Below are positions 54,065-64,000 of a DNA stretch of 64,000 nt, piece after piece. This DNA is from an uncultured delta proteobacterium (GTDB lineage: Bacteria > Myxococcota > Myxococcia > Myxococcales > Myxococcaceae). Both the position numbers and the translations under genes were made by a program. Numbering within the stretch: the first letter of the stretch is position 1; every line of letters begins with the position of its first letter. Where the stretch lies: NCBI GenBank assembly GCA_963771175.1, contig CAVYSY010000046.1, positions 160,001-224,000 on the forward strand, written 5' to 3'. The notes beneath the pieces were generated by a model that saw only the letters and a program-made list of their open reading frames with translations, made no database searches and was not told the origin of the DNA.

Positions 54065-54162
54065 GATGCCGGGGACGTAGCACAAGGTATCCGGGGCGAG
54101 GAGGCGCTCGGGGGCGCGGCGGCCAGGTTCAGCGTCCGCCACTCACAGCGTGACGTACACGC

Positions 54163-56495
54163 TCACGCCGTGTCGTTGGCGGTGGAGGCCGCGGCCTTCT
54201 CCTGGCGCTCGAGCTTGCGCAGGTGCCGCTGCTCGCGCCGGCGCTGGCGGGCGCGCTGCAGGGCGTCCATCCCTCGGATGAGCGGGTCCCTCCAGGCCCC
54301 ATGCTTCTTGCGGGGGAGCTCGCGGTCGTTGCGGCCCCACTTCTCGCGCGCCACCAGCTTCGCGTCGTAGCCGAAGAGGGCCTCGTAGAAGGACTCCCAG
54401 TGCTCGCCGCTGTACTTGCACACGAACTGCCGCAGCGCGCCCTCCTCGAGCCCGCGCAGTCGCATGGAGCGCAGCATCTGCTCGAGGTCATCGACGAAGG
54501 GCTTGCGCTCGGCGGCCACCCGGCGGTCCACCAGCACGTAGAAGGCACTGGCGACGACGAGCGAGCCCCCCAGCACGGCCAGCGCCAGATCGTGCAGCCC
54601 GAAGTGGACGAGCGCCCAGCCCGCGCCGCCCAGCAGCAGCAGCCATACCCCCCAGGTGAGCAGCGGGGCCTGGAAGACGAGCTGCCGGAAGCGCAGGAAG
54701 AGCGCCCCCTTCTGGAAGAGCCCCCGCACGAGGAAGGAAGCCATCCACGTGACCACCCCCGCCGCCCCCGACACCACCGCCGGCAGCCGGCCCACCCACC
54801 AGCCCAGCCCAGCCGTGGTCAGCACCGCCAGCAGGAAGAAACCCAGCACCAGCCAGCGCCGCCGCTTCGCCCAGCGCGCGCCGGTGTAGCCCTGCGCGCA
54901 GCCCTCGAGGAAGTTGGCGTGCTCCTCCCGCGGGGTGAAGGCCGCCGTCCCGTCGATGCCCAGGTAGCTCTGCAGCTCGTGGATGACCTCGGACATGTCC
55001 TGGTAGCGCTCCTCGGGGCGCTTCTCCATCATCCGCATCACCGACGGCCGACAGCTGGCGGGGCACGCGCTTGACGCACTCGTCCGGCGGCACCGGCCGC
55101 TGCGTCATGTGCAGGGCGAGCATCGCCACCGAGGTCTCCGCCTCGAAAGGGGGGCGTCCGGTGAGCAGGTGGTAGAAGGTGCAGCCCAGCGAGTAGAGGT
55201 CCGCGCGCGCGTCCACCTCCGAGGAGTTCTCCACCTGCTCCGGCGCCATGTAGGCCGGCGTCCCGAGGACGGCCTCCTCCGCGATGGAGGAGTCGCCGGG
55301 GCGAGCCTCGCGGCTATCGGGGGATGTCACCTGGGCGCGCAACACGCGCCGGGTGTAGCTCGCGGCGTGCTTCACCAGGCCCAGGTCCGCCACCTTCACC
55401 ACGCCGTTGCGGTTGAGCAGCAGGTTGTCCGGCTTGATGTCCCGGTGCACCATGCCCCGTGCGTGGGCGAACTTCAGCCCGCGCGCCGCCTGGAGGATGT
55501 AGCCGGCGGCCACCTCCGGATCCACGCCGGCCCTGCCGCTGCACCAGCGAGGCGAGGCTCCCGTCATCCACGTACTCCATGCTGAAGAAGTGGACCTGCC
55601 CCTCCGAGCCGCAGTCGTGGATTTGCGCGATGTTGTGGTGGATGAGCTGTGCCGCGGCGAGCGCCTCCTGGGTGAAGCGGAAGACGAACTGTGGGTCCCC
55701 CGCGAGGCTGGGCCGCAGCACCTTCACCGCCACGTTGCGGTCCAGCGACAGCTGGCGGGCCAGCCACACCGTGCCCATGGCGCCGCCTCCAATCTTCTTG
55801 ATCAGCTGGTAGCCCCCCAGCGTCGTGCCCTCGGCGAGGGACACCGCGTCCTGGCGCCAGGATTCGGCGGGGAGGTCCCAGACGGGGCGGGCCGCCTCGG
55901 CCGTGGGCTCCTTCGGCGGTTCCTCCTTGGGAGGCGGCTCCTTCTTGAGGGGCGGGGCCGCTTTGGGGCGGGGGGGACTGGGGACGGGGCTCACCTCGGG
56001 GTCCGCGGCCGCTGCGCTCACGGACGAGCGCGTGCGGGCCCGAGGGGGTTGCCCGGGACGAGCCACCACCCGGGTGGACTCGGAGGACGAGTCCGGCAGT
56101 GGCACGAGGACGGTGCGCTCCTCCTTCGGCTCCTGGGAGTTGGCCCTGGGCTGCGAGCGGGGGGTGGGGGCAAAGGGCTTCGCCAGCTCGCTGGCGGTCC
56201 GCGTCTTCGGAGTGCCGGGGCTGGCCGCGCGGGCGGGGACGCCCTCCGGGGTGGGCGTGGGGCTCGGGCGGGAGGGCGCGACGGTGGGGACCCTGTCCGT
56301 GGGGCGCTCTGGTGGGTGGGGCAGGCTGCGCGCGGTACGCCCCGGCGGAGGCTGGGGCTGCGGGGTGACGAGGGTCCGCGCCTCCTCGGCGGAGGCTGGC
56401 GCGACATCGCCAGGGGACTGCTGACACTTGGAACAGGGCTCTCCTGACGCGTCGAGCAGGTGCCCTTTCAGGCAACGGGTAGACTCCAGGGCCAT
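54163..56495 (-). CDS. Membrane Ser/Thr protein kinase with Pro-rich N-terminus; frameshifts at ~55530 and ~55045
   Basis: GGGAMGTV, VAVK, HRDIKPDN, DLG and YMAPE across joined frames; about four C-terminal TMs. Confidence 0.8.
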
Positions 56496-56781
56496 CTCCA
56501 CGCCTCGGCACCACCATCCTGGCGGAGGTGGACAAAAGTTCGGGGATACTCCTTCGCGGCGCCCTGCATCTACCGTACCCGGGCCCGGTGTGAGCAACCC
56601 AGGTGTGCGATGGCCATTCTCGCCTGAAGTGGAGTGGATGTTTCGTGCCGTTGGCGCGAGTCCGAGGGCGGCCGCGGTGGGCCTGGAGAACGCGCAAGAA
56701 GTAACGCTTCGCGGCATTCACGCGCAGTCTCTGCGCGATTCTCCTGGCGTTCTGGTTTCCGTGATTGTAGAAAAATACAGA

Positions 56782-57744
56782 ATGCAGAAAGTCGTTCAAT
56801 CGGGCCCTCGCACCCCAAGGGGGTGGAGCCACTGGAGCAGGGAGGCGTTGGCGACCCAGCCCAACGGCCTGCCCACGCTGATGGTCGGGGCGTCGCCCGA
56901 GGGGCGCTCGGTGGAACGGGGCCTGTTCGCCGAACGTTACCTGCTGCACCGGATGGTGGCGCGAGGGGGCATGGGGACGGTGTACCTGGCGTGGGACCAG
57001 GTGCAGGAGAAGGACGTGGCGTTGAAGGTGCTGGAGGCGGCGGGCCCACGGAGCGCCGTGGCCCTGGAGCGCTTCCGCCGCGAGGCGACGCTGGCGCAGC
57101 GCATCACCCACCCCCATGTGGCGCGGGTGTACGAACTGGGCAGCTACCAGGGGCGCGCCTTCCTGACGATGGAGTACGTGGAGGGAGAGGATCTGCGGAT
57201 CCGCCTGGCGCGGGAGGGTGCGCTGGCGGTGAGGGAGGCGGCGCGGCTGGCGAGGGCGGTGTGCGCCGGGCTGGAGGCGGCACACGCGGCGGCGGTGGTG
57301 CACCGGGACTTGAAGCCAGCCAATGTGCTGCTGGAGCGCGGGGGCCGGGTGGTGCTGACGGACTTCGGCATCGCGCGAGCCATGGAGGATCAGTCGGAGG
57401 GAGGACTGACCCAGGTCCACGGAATGGTGGGCACGCCGCAGTACATGGCGCCAGAGCAGCTCACCGAGGGGAGGGTGGACGCGCGCACGGACGTGTACGC
57501 GGTGGGGCTGCTGCTCTACGAGATGCTGGTGGGAGAGCCGGCCTTCCGCCAGAGCACGTCCCTCAAGGCCGCATTCGAGCGGCTGCGCCAGCCCCCTCCG
57601 GAGCCGCGCGAGCGCCGGGATGTGCCCCACGCACTGGCGGAGTTGGTCCGGAGGTGTCTGGCCCTGTCCCCCGAGGAGCGGCCCGCGGGGGCGGGTGAGG
57701 TGGCCCGGGTGCTGGAACCGTGGCTGCCTGGACCGAGCGCGTAG
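56782..57744 (+). CDS. Ser/Thr protein kinase (single domain)
   Basis: RGGMGTVY, VALK, HRDLKPAN, DFG and YMAPE motifs. Start uncertain. Confidence 0.88.
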   Translation: MQKVVQSGPRTPRGWSHWSREALATQPNGLPTLMVGASPEGRSVERGLFAERYLLHRMVARGGMGTVYLAWDQVQEKDVALKVLEAAGPRSAVALERFRREATLAQRITHPHVARVYELGSYQGRAFLTMEYVEGEDLRIRLAREGALAVREAARLARAVCAGLEAAHAAAVVHRDLKPANVLLERGGRVVLTDFGIARAMEDQSEGGLTQVHGMVGTPQYMAPEQLTEGRVDARTDVYAVGLLLYEMLVGEPAFRQSTSLKAAFERLRQPPPEPRERRDVPHALAELVRRCLALSPEERPAGAGEVARVLEPWLPGPSA

Positions 57745-57877
57745 CTCCACAGGCCCGAGCTGCGGCTGCCGTGTGTCGCTCCCCCGCGTGCTCGTCCCTC
57801 GCTGTCGGGGCGTGCTGGCATACTCCCCAACAAGCCCGACTTGAGCCTGCCCCCTCGCTTGATGAAAGGACGTGACG

Positions 57878-58487
57878 ATGCGCTTGCGGACCTGGAGCGC
57901 GCTCTTGGTGCTGCTCACCGCCTGCGCGAGCGCGCCCGCCCCGGCAGATCGATGCCACGGTCCCACGCCTTCGCGTCGACTCCCACTTCGGGCCCGCGCA
58001 TCCTATTCGTTTCCGCGCCGATGGAGCCGGCGCCGGAACGGTCGTGGATTGGAAAGGCGGACCTGGACAAGGTCAGGGCACTGATGTCTCGGGCGCGCAA
58101 AGACATCGAGCCGCGTCAGTGGGAACAGTTGGACCGCAAGCTCACCGCGGCGGAACGGGCCTTCGAGAGCTTCTCCCGCGCCGCGAGGACGAGCGGGCAA
58201 GCCGCTGAGGTGGCGAGGGGAGGCGAGGGCCTCGCCCAGGCTGGACGCGCAAGCGAAACCCCTTTAGCGCTCTCCAGGGTGGGCCCGGTGCTCGTGGCCC
58301 TCGTCCTGCTCTGGCCCGCTCACAAGCGTTCTTCGCCAAAGTGAAGTTGCCGGAAATACGACGCGAAGCCAGACTCGCCAAGGAGTGTGGCTATAGCTTC
58401 GCTGTTGGCGTCAAAAGCACCGCACACAAAGAAGCTCTTGAGAAATTGGATAAAACCCTCGCCATTGTCGTGATGGAGTGGTGTTGA
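57878..58487 (+). pseudogene. Internally deleted myxobacterial lipoprotein toxin (DUF6310-like)
   Basis: Lipobox MRLRTWSALLVLLTAC after an AAGGA RBS; frameshift; then an abrupt join near 58315 to a lower-GC tail ...ARLAKECGYSFAVGVKSTAHKEAL...IVVMEWC*. Confidence 0.6.
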
Positions 58488-58488
58488 T

Positions 58489-59247
58489 ATGGAGTTTGCT
58501 CTAAATGACATTACCGTCAGCGTGTACGCGCCCGCGCTCGTAGGCGATGATGGGCGCCCGCTTGCTATAGTTCATGGAGTGGAGCGTGCGTTTCCTGGAT
58601 TGCGCTTGCGGTGGACAACCTCGAAGAAGGACGACCTCATCGCAGTACCCCACCGCGATGCGTGGGTCGCGTCCGACAGGACAGACGGAGGGTTTCCGTT
58701 CCTTTGCAACGATGACGACGCCCACCCTGTGACGATTTTTGGGCTCGAAAACCCGAACGGTCTTTCCGCAGAAGGCCCGCCGCATTTTGAAGTGCATGCG
58801 TCGCTGCCAGCGCATGCAGCCGGCCTTGCGGCGGCAGCGGATGTGCTGGCGGCCGTAGGGGAAGGCGCACGTGCGTACTGGGGGCACGCCACGCCCTCCA
58901 ACGCGACCGTGGAGATTTCGCGGCAGACGACCGATCCGGTGCGTAAGCCAGGAGTTCCGCCACGAGGGCTGCCAGCGCTCAGGTTCCCAGACTACATCCT
59001 CGCGCCCGAGATTCCGCATAACCTCGGCTGGCTGAACTACTGGTCGGATGCTGCCGCACGGGCCATCGGCTTTCCGGACCCCGCCCGCGACGTGGAACTG
59101 CTCGCGCGCTCACGGCGTACCGCGACGGGCGGGTGGGTTGTTCAGCTCACCGATGCGCCGCTCGACCTGGACAACCCCGCCCACCTGGACGCGCTTAAAC
59201 GGGCCTACGAGCGCTTCCCGGAGATCGGCGGGCGAGCCACCCCTTGA
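58489..59247 (+). CDS. DUF5953 family protein (putative immunity protein)
   Basis: VYAPALVG, AYWGHATP, PPRGLPAL, LGWLNYWS, GGWVVQLTDAPLDLDNPAH and YERFPEIGGR; directly after the toxin remnant. Confidence 0.75.
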   Translation: MEFALNDITVSVYAPALVGDDGRPLAIVHGVERAFPGLRLRWTTSKKDDLIAVPHRDAWVASDRTDGGFPFLCNDDDAHPVTIFGLENPNGLSAEGPPHFEVHASLPAHAAGLAAAADVLAAVGEGARAYWGHATPSNATVEISRQTTDPVRKPGVPPRGLPALRFPDYILAPEIPHNLGWLNYWSDAAARAIGFPDPARDVELLARSRRTATGGWVVQLTDAPLDLDNPAHLDALKRAYERFPEIGGRATP

Positions 59248-59353
59248 GGCTCGGCGCGGCTCGCAGTGGCCATGCTCGAGGTTCCGCCTTCGGGCTCACC
59301 GGGAAGGTGACGTTCCCGAGGGTGGCGATGGAGCGAGAAAACCAGCTCGCGGC

Positions 59354-60232
59354 TCAGTAACGCGCCGTGAGGGTGAGCGCGCTGTAGCTGCTCCAGCCGT
59401 GCAGCATCACGTACCAGGTGCCAGGAGCCGGGGAGCTGAAGGTGCACACCTCGTAATTGCCCCCCACGTAGGGCCGGCAGTTGAACGAGGAGAAGGTCGG
59501 AGAGGAGCCGGACTTGACGTAGAGGTCCACATCCCCCGTCCCGCCACTCGTCTCGAAAGTCAGGCTGCTCACCCCCGCCGGGAGGGTGAGGGAGTAGTAC
59601 TTGCGCCCGTTCATGGTGTCGGCCAGGCCGCTGACCGGGGTGTTGTTCGCGAGGGGAGTGATGGGGAGCGCGTCGCAGAAGCCATTCACGTAGAAGGTGG
59701 TGGCCTGGGTGGTCGCGTAGCGGTCCGTGTAGAGATTGCAGCCGGCCAGCGTGGGGTGCGGGTAGAGCTGCGTGCTGACGACCACGTCGTATTGATTGCC
59801 ATAGACGGGGTAGCGGGGGCGCGGCCTCTTGCGGCCAGGTGCATTGGTCCACTTCAGGTAGAGATCCGGGTCCGGCAGCTGATCGCTCACGCCACTCATG
59901 TACAGCATGGTGAGGTAGGTCTGATTGACCTGGAAGCCTTCCGCGGAGCCGACATAGGCATTCATGCCGAAGAAGTCGGAGGGCTCTGTGTAGTCATACA
60001 TGGGGTTGCCATCGATCCCCATCATGCCGGTATCGGCCGCCTGGCTGGGATTGCCCACATGCATCACCAGCGCGCACCGGCGCATCCAGTTCAGCCGCTC
60101 CTCGGCCAGGTCCGCCGGCAGGCTGTCCGAATCACAGCGCTGCGCCAGGGCCTGCAGCTGCGCTCGAGCCATCGTGGGGAGCAATACCAGCCCCCCCACC
60201 AGCGCCACCGTGACTGTCATTTGTCGTCTCAT
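59354..60232 (-). CDS. Secreted protein with C-terminal PPC (pre-peptidase C-terminal) domain
   Basis: Signal peptide ending ARA; SGGTGDVDLYVK...CRPYVGGNYEVCTF...GTWYVML PPC motif. Confidence 0.8.
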   Translation of the reverse strand: MRRQMTVTVALVGGLVLLPTMARAQLQALAQRCDSDSLPADLAEERLNWMRRCALVMHVGNPSQAADTGMMGIDGNPMYDYTEPSDFFGMNAYVGSAEGFQVNQTYLTMLYMSGVSDQLPDPDLYLKWTNAPGRKRPRPRYPVYGNQYDVVVSTQLYPHPTLAGCNLYTDRYATTQATTFYVNGFCDALPITPLANNTPVSGLADTMNGRKYYSLTLPAGVSSLTFETSGGTGDVDLYVKSGSSPTFSSFNCRPYVGGNYEVCTFSSPAPGTWYVMLHGWSSYSALTLTARY

Positions 60233-60276
60233 GACCGCGCTCTCCATTCCGGGTGCCGTGACAAGCGAAGCGAGGC

Positions 60277-60846
60277 TCAGGGCAGCAACGGCTCCCCCGG
60301 GTCATCCGGGACCACCTGGCCCAGATTGAGGGCCACCACGAGCCGCTTGCGGAGGGCCTCCGCCTCGGGGGTGCCCTCGATGGGAGCCAGCTCGCGCCGC
60401 AGGCGCAGGACGTCCTCCTGCGACAGCCGGCCCCGGGCCAGCACCTCCTCCAGCAGCGCCTGGGATTGCTGGAGGGCCGCCTGGTGCTCGGAGGCGAGCA
60501 TCAGGCGCGGCTTGGAGGCCGGGTCGGCCCCAGCCTCGGATTGTCGCGCCACCAGCAGGGAGGCCACCCGCGAGGACAGGGCCTCCAACTGCTGCTCGGA
60601 CGGCCGGGCGTCTCCGCCTCGTCCCGCGCCGGTGCATCCGCGCTGGCCAAGGGCGGCATCCCCTCCCGCGGTGCGCCCACGGGCGGCCGGGAAGCCCGGC
60701 AGCTCGGAGACGGCCCGCTCCAGGCCCTCGAGCCGCGCTTCCTGCGCAAGCAGCCGGCTGCGTTGCGCCCCCAGCAGCCCCGTGCCCACCACGGCCCAGG
60801 CGGCCGCGGCCCCCCATCCCATGCGTGACAGAGTGAGCCAGCGCAT
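60277..60846 (-). CDS. Hypothetical membrane-anchored helical protein
   Basis: N-terminal hydrophobic segment and coiled coils; TGATG coupling with the upstream gene. Confidence 0.6.
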   Translation of the reverse strand: MRWLTLSRMGWGAAAAWAVVGTGLLGAQRSRLLAQEARLEGLERAVSELPGFPAARGRTAGGDAALGQRGCTGAGRGGDARPSEQQLEALSSRVASLLVARQSEAGADPASKPRLMLASEHQAALQQSQALLEEVLARGRLSQEDVLRLRRELAPIEGTPEAEALRKRLVVALNLGQVVPDDPGEPLLP

Positions 60847-61229
60847 CAGAAGGACGAGTGCTGGGAGCCGTTGTTGAGGATGAGCGTGGTACAGGTCCCG
60901 GTGGTGTCCCACGTGAGGTAGAAGTAGCCCTCGTGAAGCATGACGCGGGGCCACACGTTGGCCACCGTGGCACTGGGCACACGAGACGACCCCGGTCGTC
61001 GGCCACCAAGCCTGGAAATATCTCGACCCGGACGCGTACTCGATGAAGCTCACGTACGTGGCGGCATCCGAGTGGTTCCGGAAGGACTGGAAGTTGCCAA
61101 AGCACGAGCCCGAACCATCGGCCGCCTTGTTACAGCCGGCCGACGTCAAGCCTGCCCGGCCTCCGCGTTCATCGAAACCAGCAGGCCCACCACGGCCAGC
61201 GCTCCTCCGCACTTCAGCACGCGCGACAT
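60846..61229 (-). CDS. Small secreted Cys-containing protein (two compensating frameshifts)
   Basis: GGAGGAG RBS; signal MSRVLKCGGALAVVGLLVSMNAEA; joined frames read SAGCNKAADGSGSCFGNF...GYFYLTWDTTGTCTTLILNNGS. Confidence 0.55.
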
Positions 61230-61409
61230 CTCGCTCCTCCTCACCGTGGGCCCCTCATCCCGCACCTCACGCCGGACGCGTGGCTCCATCAATTCCGAGG
61301 AATATACCATAAGTGATGAATATTCTACTAGCAGTAAAAACGGGAAATTCGCTCCCCCAAGTGGGAGCGGAGCCGTCACGTACTCCCACCAGCTGCGCAG
61401 GCCGCGGGA

Positions 61410-62496
61410 TTAGGGACAGAGCCGCTCGACCGACTTGATCCGCACCGCTCCGTCGACGTTCGCGTCGTTCGTCTGGTCGCCGATGGCGATGGTGCCGTTC
61501 GTCGTGAAGTTGTTCCGCGTGAGCTTCGCGACGCCGTCGACGCTCACCGTCGCCACCTTCGCTGCATCCACCGCGAGCTCGTAGACATGATACGCGCCGT
61601 CGGTCACCGAGAACGCCGCGGACTGCGTGTCGTCCGCCCAGCCGATCGCCGCGCTGTCGAGGTAGATCATCTGCGAACGATCCGTGCTGTTGCCGAACGA
61701 CGGCGTGAAGCTCCCCAGGATGGCCGCGCCGCTGTCGAGCGAGTTGTGGGTGTTCACCGACTCGACCTGCATCGTCACGTCGGAGCTTGAACGGCTTCGT
61801 TCCGTCGAACGCGTTCGCCCGCGTGATGAGCAACTGCCCGCTCGTCGACGCGCCGCCGTTCGTCGACGTCGCGAGGCGAACGTAGTCCGCGCCGTACGTG
61901 AGCGTGTTCGGCGTCTGCGCGACCGTCGTCCAGCCTTGCGCCGTGATGTCGTCGCCGCCGACCAGCAGCGGAACGCTCGCGCGCGCCGTCCACTTCGTCG
62001 TCGACGTCGCCGGCACGCACGTCTCGCAGGCGTTCGCCGGGTTCGGCGCACCCGCGGCGTAGACCACGCCGTCGATGAAGCACTTCGGGCTGCACACGCC
62101 GGCCGAGCAGACCTGTCCCGGGTTGCACGACGTCCCGTCAGCGCGTTGCGTCCACGTGGTCGCGGACGTCGTCGGCGTGCACTGTTCGCACGAATTCGCC
62201 GCGTTCACCGCCCCGGCGGCGACCTGCTTGCCGTCGATCTGACAGAGCGCGACGCAGACGCCGCCCTCACAGGCCTCGCCGGTCGCGCAGGCCTTGTCGC
62301 AACCACCGCAGTGCGCCGGGTCGCTCTCGGTGCTCACGCAGGAGCCGCCGCACAGCGCGACGCCGACGCTGTTGCACGTCACCGGCACAGACGCGTCGGG
62401 TGTGTCGACGGGGCAGGAGGTGGAATCTTCGCCGCAAGCAGCTACGAAGCCGAGCACGACGATGCAGGAGAGAGCGGTAGAGCGAATGGAGACCAT
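61410..62496 (-). CDS. Cys-rich repeat lipoprotein with C-terminal beta-sandwich (ConA-like) domain; frameshift at ~61785
   Basis: Lipobox VAAC; CGGSCVSTESDPAHCGGCDKAC and two C-x-IDG...NxCExC repeats. Confidence 0.7.
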
Positions 62497-62620
62497 AGAG
62501 CCTGCCACCTTACGCGACCACACGCCCGCGCGACGTGTGATCATGAAGACGTGAAACATGATAGGGAAACCTGAACGCCTACAAAACCAAGGCGGAGCCC
62601 CACGAGGCAGAGGAACAGTC

Positions 62621-64000
<1,380 letters not shown>

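Overview
High-GC myxobacterial-type DNA (Cystobacterineae-like, judged from gene content). Left arm: a sphingolipid locus (bCerS-like GNAT protein and serine palmitoyltransferase, divergent from an MMPL transporter and an Aur1-like PAP2 protein). It continues into an aminotransferase, a split B12 acyl-CoA mutase with isobutyryl-CoA mutase signature residues, a methyltransferase and HMG-CoA lyase. Next come a SulP/gamma-carbonic anhydrase fusion with two SPFH genes, secreted proteins and a large STK-AAA-GAF-HK hybrid. The centrepiece is a ~26-kb cassette (23771-49900) bounded by a perfect 23-bp direct repeat. It holds exactly four genes: two NRPSs (6 modules; hand-read codes suggest N-methyl-Arg/basic-Ile-Ile-Ile-Ile-D-Asp, ending in an epimerase with no thioesterase), an MFS exporter and a DUF5916-like outer-membrane protein. 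Right arm: thioredoxin, DUF2804, a methyltransferase, TetR/DUF4188 with a visible operator, two Ser/Thr kinases, a deleted lipoprotein toxin with intact immunity gene, a secreted three-gene cassette, a Cys-rich lipoprotein, a hemolysin III family gene and partial guaB1. About a dozen single-base frameshifts look like assembly errors. No rRNA, tRNA, CRISPR or integrase was seen. All family calls come from motif recognition by eye, not from database searches.
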